Source: Clostridia bacterium (GTDB lineage: Bacteria; Bacillota; Clostridia; Christensenellales; Aristaeellaceae). From it: a stretch of DNA of 64,000 nucleotides. The position numbers and the translations under genes were made by a program. The notes beneath the pieces were generated by a model. That model worked only from the letters and a program-made list of their open reading frames with translations. It was not told the origin of the DNA and made no database searches. Positions 28,899 through 37,627 of this stretch are shown in pieces. Each line of letters starts with the position of its first letter. Positions within the stretch are counted from its first letter, which is position 1. Where the stretch lies: positions 2,156 through 66,155 of the forward strand of contig JAFPWH010000002.1 in the NCBI GenBank assembly GCA_017395065.1, read 5' to 3'.

Positions 28899-30404
28899 AT
28901 GGAGGTTCGTACCCGTTTTGCACCCAGCCCGACCGGCTACATGCATCTGGGAAACCTGAGAAGCGCGCTGTACACCTATCTCTGGGCGCGCAAAAACGGC
29001 GGAAAATTTATTCTGAGAATAGAGGACACCGACCAGGAACGCGAGGTTCCCGGTGCGGTTGAAAAGATATACGCATCTTTGAACGTCGCGGGCCTCAAAT
29101 ACGACGAGGGCCCGGACGTCGGCGGCGACTACGGCCCCTACGTGCAGAGCCAGCGCAAGGACATGTACCTGCCCTACGCAAAGCAGCTCATCGAAAGCGG
29201 CCACGCCTACTACTGCTTCTGCACCAAGGAGCGGCTGGACGAGGCGCGCGCCGAAGCGGAAAAGAAGGGCGAGACCTTCAAATACGACAAAAAGTGCCTG
29301 CACCTTTCCAAAGAAGAGGTTCAGGCGCGCCTGGACGCGGGCGAACCCTACGTCATCCGCCAGAACATACCGCTCGAGGGCAAGGCGGGCTTTGACGACG
29401 TGATCTACGGCCACGTGGAGGTGGACTGCGCGACGCTTGACGACAACGTGCTCATCAAGGCGGACGGTCTGCCCACCTACAACTTTGCCAACGTCATCGA
29501 CGACCACACTATGTGCATAACCCACGTCATGCGCGGCAACGAGTACCTTTCCAGCGCACCCAAGTACAACCTGCTCTACGAGGCGTTCGGCTGGAAGCCG
29601 CCCGTGTACGTGCACCTGACGCCGGTCATGTGCCGCGACGTACAGAAGGACGAAAACGGTCAGCCCATCCTGGGAGAGGACGGGCAGCCCGTGGAATACG
29701 TGCGCAAGCTTTCCAAGCGCAAGGGCGACCCGACGTTCGAGGACCTTCTGTCCCGCGGATACCTGGTCGAGGCGGTCATCAACTACATGACGCTGCTGGG
29801 CTGGAGCCCCAAGGGCGAGGAGGAGTTCTTCAGCCTCTCCGAGCTCGAAAAGCTGTTCGACCTGGAGGGCCTGAGCAAATCGCCCTCGATCTTCGACATG
29901 CAGAAGATGAACTGGTTCAACGCCGAGTACATCCGGAGGCTGAGCCCCGAAAAGTATCTGGAAATGGCAAGGCCGTGGCTCGATCAGGTGCTCTCCGAAG
30001 AGAAATTCGACTACAGGCGCCTGTGCGAGCTTTTGCAAAGCCGCACCGAGTATTTCGCCCAGCTGCCGGACATGGTCCGCTTCCTGAAGGACATGCCGGA
30101 TTTTCCGAACGATTTCTACGTCAACAAAAAGCAAAAGAGCACCCTCGAAAGCAGCGTAAGCGCGCTCAAGGAGGCCAAAGAACTGCTCGAAACCGTGACG
30201 GACTGGTCCGAAAGCAATCTGCACGACGTCGTCATGGAGAAGATCGCTTCCCTCGGCATCAAGAACGGGCAGATGCTCTGGCCGCTCAGGATCGCCGTCT
30301 CCGGGCAGCAGAACACGCCCGGCGGCGCGTTTGAGATCATGTATTTGCTTGGCAGAAGCGAAACGCTTGCCCGCCTGAACGCTTCCCTCGAAAGGCTTGT
30401 ATAA
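28899..30404 (+). CDS. gltX: Glutamyl-tRNA synthetase
   Basis: 'TRFAPSPTGYMHLGNLRSALYTYL' (HIGH region) and 'KLSKR' (KMSKS). RBS AAGTGAGG. The ATG at 28899 is preferred over the GTG at 28890. Promoter -10 TATAAT at ~28866. Confidence 0.95.
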   Translation: MEVRTRFAPSPTGYMHLGNLRSALYTYLWARKNGGKFILRIEDTDQEREVPGAVEKIYASLNVAGLKYDEGPDVGGDYGPYVQSQRKDMYLPYAKQLIESGHAYYCFCTKERLDEARAEAEKKGETFKYDKKCLHLSKEEVQARLDAGEPYVIRQNIPLEGKAGFDDVIYGHVEVDCATLDDNVLIKADGLPTYNFANVIDDHTMCITHVMRGNEYLSSAPKYNLLYEAFGWKPPVYVHLTPVMCRDVQKDENGQPILGEDGQPVEYVRKLSKRKGDPTFEDLLSRGYLVEAVINYMTLLGWSPKGEEEFFSLSELEKLFDLEGLSKSPSIFDMQKMNWFNAEYIRRLSPEKYLEMARPWLDQVLSEEKFDYRRLCELLQSRTEYFAQLPDMVRFLKDMPDFPNDFYVNKKQKSTLESSVSALKEAKELLETVTDWSESNLHDVVMEKIASLGIKNGQMLWPLRIAVSGQQNTPGGAFEIMYLLGRSETLARLNASLERLV

Positions 30405-30406
30405 AA

Positions 30407-31537
30407 ATGAAGTATCCCGATTATGACAGGAGCAGCCTGTCGATCACGGCCTCCGTGGGGGCGTTCCTGGGCGGGGAGAGCAACTATCCCACGCTCCCGG
30501 AGATCGACCTCGCGCTTTGCCGGGACGGCGTGAAAAAGATCGTCCTCGTGCTGTGCGACGGCATGGGCGAGCTGCTCATGCGGCGCCATCTGCCGGCGGA
30601 CTGCTTCCTGCGCAAAAACGATAAGGCGGCCATTTCCTCGGTGTTCCCGTCGACCACGGCCGCCGCGACCACGTCGATCTGGACGGGCCTGAGCCCCCTC
30701 GAACACGGCTGGATCGGCTGGAGCATGTACTTCAAGGAGTGCGCCGCCGCCATCGACGTGTTTACCGGCAACGTCAGCGGAAAGGGCGTGCGCTACCCGG
30801 ACGGCTCTCCCGCGCCGAAGCTCATGCCGCTTCCGGGCGTCATGGCCGGCGCGAAGCACCCGGGCATGCACATGGTCTCGGCCTTCGACAACTTTCCGGG
30901 CAAGGGCTTTACGCAGCACGCAGTCAGGACGTTCCACGACCAGCTGGTGCTCGCAAACGCCCTCATAAGGCAGGAAGACAACGCTTTGGTGTGCGTGTAC
31001 AACGGCGAGCCCGACCATACGATGCACAATAAGGGCGTGAACGCGCCGGAGACCGTCGAAAAATTTGTCGCGGCGAACCGCGAGCTGGAGTGGCTCAGCG
31101 GCGTTTTGCCCGAGGACACGCTTTTGATCGTCACGGCGGACCACGGGCTCGTGGACGGCATAAACCCCGTCGACCTTAAGGCGATCCCCTCGGTGGACGA
31201 ATGCCTGTGGATGCCGCCCTCTGTGGAGGCGCGGGCCGCCGCGCTGTTCGTAAAGCCCTTCCGCAGGGCACAGTTCGAAAGAGAATTCAGGGCCGTCTGC
31301 GGGGACGAATTTTTGCTGATCCCCCGCGAGGACGCGCTTAGCATGAACCTGCTGGGGCGCGGGATCGTCCACCCCAAGGCGGAGGACGCGATGGGCGACT
31401 ATCTCGCCTGCGCGACCGGCGCAAGCTTCATCGTCTACGGCGCAATACCCGACATGATCGGCATGCACGCCGGGCTTACCGACGAGGAAATGACCGTGCC
31501 CGTGATCCTTGCGCGGGGAAGGGGAGGCAAAGCATGA
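30407..31537 (+). CDS. Alkaline-phosphatase superfamily protein (type I phosphodiesterase/nucleotide pyrophosphatase-like)
   Basis: 'KIVLVLCDGMGELLM', 'SVFPSTTAAATTSIWTG' (Thr/Ser nucleophile region), 'LIVTADHGLVDG'. Starts 3 nt after the gltX stop. Confidence 0.7.
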   Translation: MKYPDYDRSSLSITASVGAFLGGESNYPTLPEIDLALCRDGVKKIVLVLCDGMGELLMRRHLPADCFLRKNDKAAISSVFPSTTAAATTSIWTGLSPLEHGWIGWSMYFKECAAAIDVFTGNVSGKGVRYPDGSPAPKLMPLPGVMAGAKHPGMHMVSAFDNFPGKGFTQHAVRTFHDQLVLANALIRQEDNALVCVYNGEPDHTMHNKGVNAPETVEKFVAANRELEWLSGVLPEDTLLIVTADHGLVDGINPVDLKAIPSVDECLWMPPSVEARAAALFVKPFRRAQFEREFRAVCGDEFLLIPREDALSMNLLGRGIVHPKAEDAMGDYLACATGASFIVYGAIPDMIGMHAGLTDEEMTVPVILARGRGGKA

Positions 31538-33408
31538 CGCTCACGTTCGCCCTGCCCTTGGAAGGCGGCAAGGGCGAATGGAAGGCGTCCCTCAAAAGCC
31601 TCAAAAAAACGGACGGCATAAAGAAGCTGCGCCTGAACAGAAGAAAAAAGCGCCTGCGCGTCACGTTCGACGAAGCGCGCCTTAGCCCCTCGGAGGTCGA
31701 GCGCGCCGTCGCGGACGCGGGCATCGACGCGCAGCCGATCATCGGCGGAAGTGTGGACAGATTCGGCGCGTTCGCCCAGCTGATGTGCTGGGTACTGACG
31801 CTGAGCATGCTGTACCTTACGCTGGCTTCGCGGGTTATTTTGCCCGTGCCGGAGGTGTTCAGTTATCCGCTGAGCGCGGGTGTAACGGAGCTTGTGCTGA
31901 TGCTCGCGGTGTGGCTTTTAAGCTTTCGCGCGCTGAATTTGAACCGTCTGGGCGGCAGATACGCGGGCTGGGACACGTACGCGTTTGCGACGCTCGCGGC
32001 TGTGTGCGCGGCGGCGTATTCCGTTCCGGCGCTGATCTACTGCGCGTGGAAGATCAGCGCGGGCGCGGACGTGAACGTGGAGCTGTTCTTCGACTCCGCG
32101 GCGCTTTTGCCGACGCTGGCCACCTTGGGCATCGCAACGCAGAGAAGGGCCACGCGCCGCACCGAAAACACGCTGCGCGAGCTCGGCCTGCCGGTCGAAA
32201 ACCTGCGCTTCCTCAGCGCGGACGAGACGAAAAAGGCCGTGTTCGCCGCGCGTCTTAGCAAAATATTCACCTGGGTCGCGCTCCTTACGGCACTCGGCGC
32301 GCTGGTCTGTTGGATCGTGCGCGACCAGCGGCTGCCCTTTGCGGTCAAGTGCGCCGTGTGCGTACTGGTCGTAAGCTGCCCCAACATTCCGCGCCGCATG
32401 GCGCCCACGCTGATCACGCGGGGCGTCGCGGCCTGCGCGGAAAACAAAACCCCCGTGAGCAACGCGCCGGTGCTGGAAAAGTTAAAGGAAACGGACACGG
32501 TCATTTTCGAAAGCCACGACGCGCTGACAAGGAGCGAAGCGATCGTGCGCGGCTGCGTGCTCACGGACGGCATGTCTCAAAACATACTGCTGGCGCTGGC
32601 GGCGTCGGCGCTGCAAATGGAAAACGACGGCGTATCCATTGCCATCCGCGAAAGGGCCGAGGCGCTCAGACTCCCGCTCGACCCCCTGATCGAAAGGGAC
32701 GTAAACGAGGACAGCGACGTAAGGGCGCTGGTGGGAGAAACGCGCGTGCTGGTCGGCTCCTACGATTTCCTGCTCAAAAACGCGCTGGATCTGAGCAAGT
32801 GGGAGCAGCAGGTGGACGAGCTCACGAACGAAGGGCTCATCTGCGTGATGGTGGCTTCCTCCGGCGTGATCAAGGGCATCATCACGCTGGAAAGCAAGCT
32901 GCTGCCCCGCGTGTGCGAGACGATGGACAAGCTGCGCAAAATGAAGATAGAGACCTACGTCATGGCGACCGAGAACACGAAGGCTGCGCGCGTACTGGCG
33001 CTGCAGGTGGGCGCGGACAAGAGCGTTTTCCCGCACGAGGCGGAGATCGCCATCCGCCTCCTCGCCGCCGACAAGCGAAAGACGCTCTACGTCTACGGCG
33101 GCGAAAGCCCCGTCTTCGACGTGCCGGGCCTTAAAATGAACCTGGGCGCGAACCCCGGCGCGCGGGCCGACGTGCGCGGCGCGCTGGGCGATCTGCCAAA
33201 CGTCCTCTCCATCGCGCGCCGCACCTTCGGAAGCGTAAAAAAACGGCTGCGCCTGTGGCTTTTGTACGAGCTCATAACGCTGCCCGTGGCGGCGGGCGCG
33301 CTGCGCCTGTGGCTGGGCGTTACGATCAGCCCGCTGTTGGCAGCGCCGCTCATGCTCATGATGAACATATTGATGCTCTACACCGGAAAGACCCATAAAC
33401 GGATCTGA
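31534..33408 (+). CDS. Degenerate P1B-type (heavy-metal) ATPase homologue, predicted non-catalytic
   Basis: TM core and P-domain of a P-type ATPase are alignable ('VLEKLKETDTVIF'). DKTGT is replaced by ESHDA, CPC by CPN, GDGxND by GGESP. There is no TGES actuator domain and no N-terminal CxxC. The start overlaps the upstream gene (ATGA). Confidence 0.6.
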   Translation: MTLTFALPLEGGKGEWKASLKSLKKTDGIKKLRLNRRKKRLRVTFDEARLSPSEVERAVADAGIDAQPIIGGSVDRFGAFAQLMCWVLTLSMLYLTLASRVILPVPEVFSYPLSAGVTELVLMLAVWLLSFRALNLNRLGGRYAGWDTYAFATLAAVCAAAYSVPALIYCAWKISAGADVNVELFFDSAALLPTLATLGIATQRRATRRTENTLRELGLPVENLRFLSADETKKAVFAARLSKIFTWVALLTALGALVCWIVRDQRLPFAVKCAVCVLVVSCPNIPRRMAPTLITRGVAACAENKTPVSNAPVLEKLKETDTVIFESHDALTRSEAIVRGCVLTDGMSQNILLALAASALQMENDGVSIAIRERAEALRLPLDPLIERDVNEDSDVRALVGETRVLVGSYDFLLKNALDLSKWEQQVDELTNEGLICVMVASSGVIKGIITLESKLLPRVCETMDKLRKMKIETYVMATENTKAARVLALQVGADKSVFPHEAEIAIRLLAADKRKTLYVYGGESPVFDVPGLKMNLGANPGARADVRGALGDLPNVLSIARRTFGSVKKRLRLWLLYELITLPVAAGALRLWLGVTISPLLAAPLMLMMNILMLYTGKTHKRI

Positions 33409-33460
33409 AACGTGTGCAAAGCGAACCCATACGAAATTTGATCAAAGGAGGCTTTTTGCC

Positions 33461-33886
33461 ATGCTGAAGGGAATCAGTCCGATCATCAGCCCCGAGCTCA
33501 TCAAGATCCTGATGGAGATGGGACACGGAGACGAGCTCTGCATAGGCGACGGCAACTTTCCGGCCGCCTCGATCGCCAAGCGCCTCGTGCGCCTGGACGG
33601 CCACGGCGTAAGCGAGGTGCTGGACGCGGTGCTCAAGCTCATGCCCCTGGACACCTACGTCGAAGCGCCGGTGACGCTGATGCAGGTGGTGCCGGGCGAC
33701 GACGTGGTGCCCGTGATCTGGGACGAGTACAAAGCCGTCATCCAAAAGAACGAGGGCGACAAAAAGATCGAAAACGTCGAGCGCTTCGCCTTCTACGAGC
33801 GCGCGAAGAACTGCTACGCCGTCGTGGCCACGGGCGAAAGCGCGCTGTACGCGAACATCATACTGAAAAAGGGCGTCGTGAAGTAA
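33461..33886 (+). CDS. RbsD/FucU family sugar mutarotase/pyranase
   Basis: 'MGHGDELCIGDGNFP' is the hallmark RbsD/FucU motif. 141 aa. Confidence 0.85.
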   Translation: MLKGISPIISPELIKILMEMGHGDELCIGDGNFPAASIAKRLVRLDGHGVSEVLDAVLKLMPLDTYVEAPVTLMQVVPGDDVVPVIWDEYKAVIQKNEGDKKIENVERFAFYERAKNCYAVVATGESALYANIILKKGVVK

Positions 33887-33920
33887 GCCCGATCACCCGA
33901 TTCAAAGGAGGGAACGAACC

Positions 33921-34706
33921 GTGAAACGTATCTTTGTCCTACTGATGTGCCTTATGCTCCTTGCACTCACCGCCTACGCCGAGAGCCCGAAGCAGAGCGG
34001 AGACTACACCTACATCCTTGCCGAGGACGGCACGGCCGTCATCACCGGCTACACGGGCAAGGGCAGGACGCTGGCGATCCCCGCGAGCGTGGACGGCCTC
34101 GCGGTCAGCGCCGTCGGTGAGGAAGCCTTTGCCGGCAGCGACGTCACCATCGTAAACCTGCCCGAGGGCATTCTGTCCGTCGGGGACGGTGCGTTCAAGG
34201 AGTGCGCTTCCCTGATCAGCGTCATCATGCCCGAGGGGCTTCAGACGCTGGGCGCGAGCACGTTCAGAAAGTGCGAATCCTTAAGGATCCTCGCGCTCCC
34301 CTCCACGATCACCGAGATCGGCAAAGGCGCGTTCTTCGGCTGCGTGAACCTGACGGAGATCGTACTGCCCGAGGCGCTTACGGAGCTGCCCACGAACATG
34401 TTCTACGGCTGCACGATGCTGGAGACCGTCACGATCCCCGAAAACGTGACCGTGATCGGCGCAACCGCCTTCATGAACTGCAGCGCCCTCAAAGAGGTGA
34501 TCCTGCCGGACGGCGTGACCGAGATCCTGGCCGGCGCCTTCAGCGGCTGCGACAGCCTGGGCGAACTCAAAGTGTCCGAAAAACTCGAGTCCATCGGCTA
34601 CGGCGCCTTCACGAGCGAAAGCTTCAAGCTCATCGTCGTCAAGGGCTCTTATGCCGAAAGCTACTGCAAGAAGTTCCACGTGAACTACGAATACGCGGAA
34701 GAATAA
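33921..34706 (+). CDS. Secreted leucine-rich-repeat (BspA-type LRR_5) protein
   Basis: Signal peptide. About eight repeats of 'LP..L..IG..AF..C..L..I.'. Confidence 0.8.
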   Translation: MKRIFVLLMCLMLLALTAYAESPKQSGDYTYILAEDGTAVITGYTGKGRTLAIPASVDGLAVSAVGEEAFAGSDVTIVNLPEGILSVGDGAFKECASLISVIMPEGLQTLGASTFRKCESLRILALPSTITEIGKGAFFGCVNLTEIVLPEALTELPTNMFYGCTMLETVTIPENVTVIGATAFMNCSALKEVILPDGVTEILAGAFSGCDSLGELKVSEKLESIGYGAFTSESFKLIVVKGSYAESYCKKFHVNYEYAEE

Positions 34707-34740
34707 CAAATCAATAATGCAATAAGGAGTCTGATTTCCC

Positions 34741-36450
34741 ATGGAGACAGCCGAGAAAAAAGCAAGCAATTTCATAGAAGAATTCGTCGAAGAGGATCTG
34801 AAAAGCGGCCGCTACGACCACGTGCGCACCCGCTTTCCGCCCGAGCCCAACGGCTATCTGCACATCGGCCACGTAAAGGCGCTGTGCATCGATTTCGGCA
34901 TCGCCCAGAAGTACGGCGGTGTGACGAACCTGCGCTTCGACGATACCAACCCCGCCAAGGAGGACACGGTCTTTGTCGAGGGCATCCAGCGGGACATCGA
35001 ATGGCTGGGCTTCAAATGGGAAAAGCTCTACTTTGCCAGTGACTTTTTCCCGCGCCTGTACGAGATCGCGCAGGGACTGATCAAAAAAGGCCTCGCCTAC
35101 GTGGACGACCAAAGCCCCGAGGAGATGCGCAAAAACCGCGGCACGCTCACGCAGCCCGGCGTCGACAGCCCCTGGAGAAACCGCAGCGTGGAGGAGAACC
35201 TGGATCTGTTCGAGCGCATGAAAAACGGCGAATTCCCGGACGGAAGCCGCGTGCTCAGGGCCAAGATCGACATGGCCTCCCCGAACGTCCTCATGCGCGA
35301 CCCTACGATCTACCGCATCAAGAGATGCCATCACCACAGGACGGGCGACGAATGGTGCATCTACCCGATGTACGATTTCCAGCACCCGATCCAGGATGCC
35401 ATCGAGGGCATCACGCACTCGCTGTGCTCCCTCGAATATGAGATCCACCGCCCTCTGTACGAGTGGATGGTCAATAACGCCGGCTTCGAGCAGCCGCCGC
35501 GCCAGATCGAGTTCGCGCGCCTGAACCTGACCCGTACGGTCATGAGCAAGCGCTATCTGCGCTACATGGTCGAAAACCATCTGGTCAACGGCTGGGACGA
35601 TCCGCGCATGCCCACGCTGGTCGGCATGAAGCGCAGGGGCTACACCGCCGAGGCCATCAAGGACTTCCTCTCCCGCGTCGGCGTGGCCAAGGCAGACAGC
35701 GTCGTGGACGGCGCGCTGCTGGAGGCCTGCGTGCGCGATGCGCTGGGCGATACGGCGCCGAGGGCCATGGCGGTCCTGAACCCCCTCAAGGTCACCTTCG
35801 TCAACTGGGACGAGGACAAGACGGACGAGATCGAGATGGAGAACCATCCGGACCATCCCGAAATGGGCACGCGAAAGCTGCATTTCACGAAGCACGCCTA
35901 CATCGACGCCGAGGACTTCATGCTCGACCCGCCCAAGAAGTTCTTCCGCCTCGCACCCGGCCGCGAGGTGCGCCTGAAGGGCGCCTACATCGTAAAGTGC
36001 GAGGACGTGAAGCTGGACGAAAATGGGAACCCCGTCGAGCTGCTCTGCTCCGTGGACCTCGACAGCCGTTCCGGCAGCGAAGGCGCGAACCGCAAGGTCA
36101 AGGGCACGCTGCACTGGCTGAGCGAAAAAGACGCGCTGCCCGCCGAGATCAGGCTCTACGAGCCCCTGATCAACGACGAGGAGCCCTGCGCCGAGGAAGA
36201 GGACAAGAGCGAGGAGGCCGAGGAGACCGACGCGCCCAAGGGCATCAACCTGAACATCAACCCCGACAGCCTGAAGGTCGTCTCCAATGCGCTGGTCGAG
36301 CCGGCCATCGCCCAAAGCGAGGTCGGCAGCCGCTTCCAGTTCCTGCGCACGGGCTACTTCTGCAAGGACCCGGATTCCACGAACGAAAAACCGGTCTTCA
36401 ACCGCATCGTCCCGCTCAAGGACAGCTGGGCGAAGGTCAACAAAAACTGA
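34741..36450 (+). CDS. glnS: Glutaminyl-tRNA synthetase
   Basis: 'RFPPEPNGYLHIGHVKALCIDFGIAQKYGGVTNLRFDDTNP' (HIGH region) and 'VMSKR' (KMSKS). C-terminal anticodon-binding beta-barrels with an acidic insertion (EPCAEEEDKSEEAEETD). Confidence 0.9.
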   Translation: METAEKKASNFIEEFVEEDLKSGRYDHVRTRFPPEPNGYLHIGHVKALCIDFGIAQKYGGVTNLRFDDTNPAKEDTVFVEGIQRDIEWLGFKWEKLYFASDFFPRLYEIAQGLIKKGLAYVDDQSPEEMRKNRGTLTQPGVDSPWRNRSVEENLDLFERMKNGEFPDGSRVLRAKIDMASPNVLMRDPTIYRIKRCHHHRTGDEWCIYPMYDFQHPIQDAIEGITHSLCSLEYEIHRPLYEWMVNNAGFEQPPRQIEFARLNLTRTVMSKRYLRYMVENHLVNGWDDPRMPTLVGMKRRGYTAEAIKDFLSRVGVAKADSVVDGALLEACVRDALGDTAPRAMAVLNPLKVTFVNWDEDKTDEIEMENHPDHPEMGTRKLHFTKHAYIDAEDFMLDPPKKFFRLAPGREVRLKGAYIVKCEDVKLDENGNPVELLCSVDLDSRSGSEGANRKVKGTLHWLSEKDALPAEIRLYEPLINDEEPCAEEEDKSEEAEETDAPKGINLNINPDSLKVVSNALVEPAIAQSEVGSRFQFLRTGYFCKDPDSTNEKPVFNRIVPLKDSWAKVNKN

Positions 36451-36537
36451 TTTCGCAATCGGGCGCGGTTTTGCAAGCAAAAAACCGCGCCCGAACGATT
36501 TATACCCGTCAAACGAAAAAAAAGAGAGGCGCTTTGC

Positions 36538-37140
36538 ATGCTTCTTGCGATCACACGGCACGGCGAATCCGAAGCGGACATACTGAACGTGCACGAGGGC
36601 AGGGCCGATTTCGAGCTCACGGAACGGGGGCACAGGCAGGCTGCGGCGATGGCAAAGTTCATGAAGGAGAACTATACCGTTAGCGCGATCCTTTCGAGCA
36701 CCTTGAAGCGCGCCAAACAGACCGCCCTGCACCTTTCCGGGGAAACGGGCGTGCCGGTCGCTTACGACGAAAACCTGATGGAATTCAATAACGGGATGCT
36801 TGCGGGTCTGCCGTACGAGGAGGCCGCCCGCAGGTATCCGCCCGTGAAAGACCTCCCCTGCGATCAGGCGGTCTACGGGCAGGAATCGAAGCTCGCCTTC
36901 CGCCGAAGGGCCGAGGAAGTGCTGAAAAAAGCGCTGGCTTTTCCGGACAAAGGCGGTCTGCTCGTGCTGGTCACGCACGGCGGCATGATCGATCAATTGT
37001 ACCGCGCCGCGCTGAAACTGCCCGTCGTCACCGACGCCTTCTTTTCCACGGCGGACACGGGCATTCACCTGTGGGAAACGGACGGGAAGCGGATCAGGAT
37101 CGTCTTTTCGAACCGGGACGGGCACGCCCGCGGCCTGTAA
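36538..37140 (+). CDS. Histidine phosphatase (phosphoglycerate-mutase-like) family protein
   Basis: 'ITRHGESE...N' RHG catalytic motif. 'TLKRAKQTA'. 'LVTHGG'. Confidence 0.8.
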   Translation: MLLAITRHGESEADILNVHEGRADFELTERGHRQAAAMAKFMKENYTVSAILSSTLKRAKQTALHLSGETGVPVAYDENLMEFNNGMLAGLPYEEAARRYPPVKDLPCDQAVYGQESKLAFRRRAEEVLKKALAFPDKGGLLVLVTHGGMIDQLYRAALKLPVVTDAFFSTADTGIHLWETDGKRIRIVFSNRDGHARGL

Positions 37141-37157
37141 AAGACTCATCGGCTAAT

Positions 37158-37595
37158 ATGAAAATCATCGTCTACGACGACTTTTACCGGGATGAGATGA
37201 TCTCGATGGTCATGGCGGCGCGCGAAGCGCTGGGACTCGACCCTTCCGTGCGAAAGGACCTCTGCGACGTCAAGGCCAACTATCTGGACAAGGGCGATCT
37301 GTTCTGGCTGTGCGTCGGCGTGGAAAAGGAAGTGCTCGGCTGCCTCGGCTTTTCGCGCGAGGCGGGCACGCGGGAAGCTTTCCTGCATCGGTTTTACGTG
37401 AAGGCCGAGCTCAAGCGCCGGGGCATCGGCAGTGCGCTGTTAAAGACTGCCGAGGACGCGATGCGATTTTGCGGCATAGACGCCGCAAAGGTGCATCTGG
37501 GCCATCCCCCGGAGGTCTGGTACGAATCGTACGCGTTTTACGCCAAACACGGCTACACCGAATACGCGCCGCGTTATCTGATCAAGCGCCTGTGA
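37158..37595 (+). CDS. GNAT family N-acetyltransferase
   Basis: The 'RRGIGSALL' acetyl-CoA binding motif (Q/RxxGxG/A) is present. 145 aa. The ORF-track start at 37071 is an upstream extension. Confidence 0.7.
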   Translation: MKIIVYDDFYRDEMISMVMAAREALGLDPSVRKDLCDVKANYLDKGDLFWLCVGVEKEVLGCLGFSREAGTREAFLHRFYVKAELKRRGIGSALLKTAEDAMRFCGIDAAKVHLGHPPEVWYESYAFYAKHGYTEYAPRYLIKRL

Positions 37596-37627
37596 CGGTC
37601 GGCGGGTCTACTCGCCTAAGAGGAATC

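Noticed and set aside
34711-37149. 812-aa ORF antisense to glnS / histidine phosphatase
   Set aside because: It overlaps two confidently assigned forward genes and crosses their intergenic space. Composition artefact.
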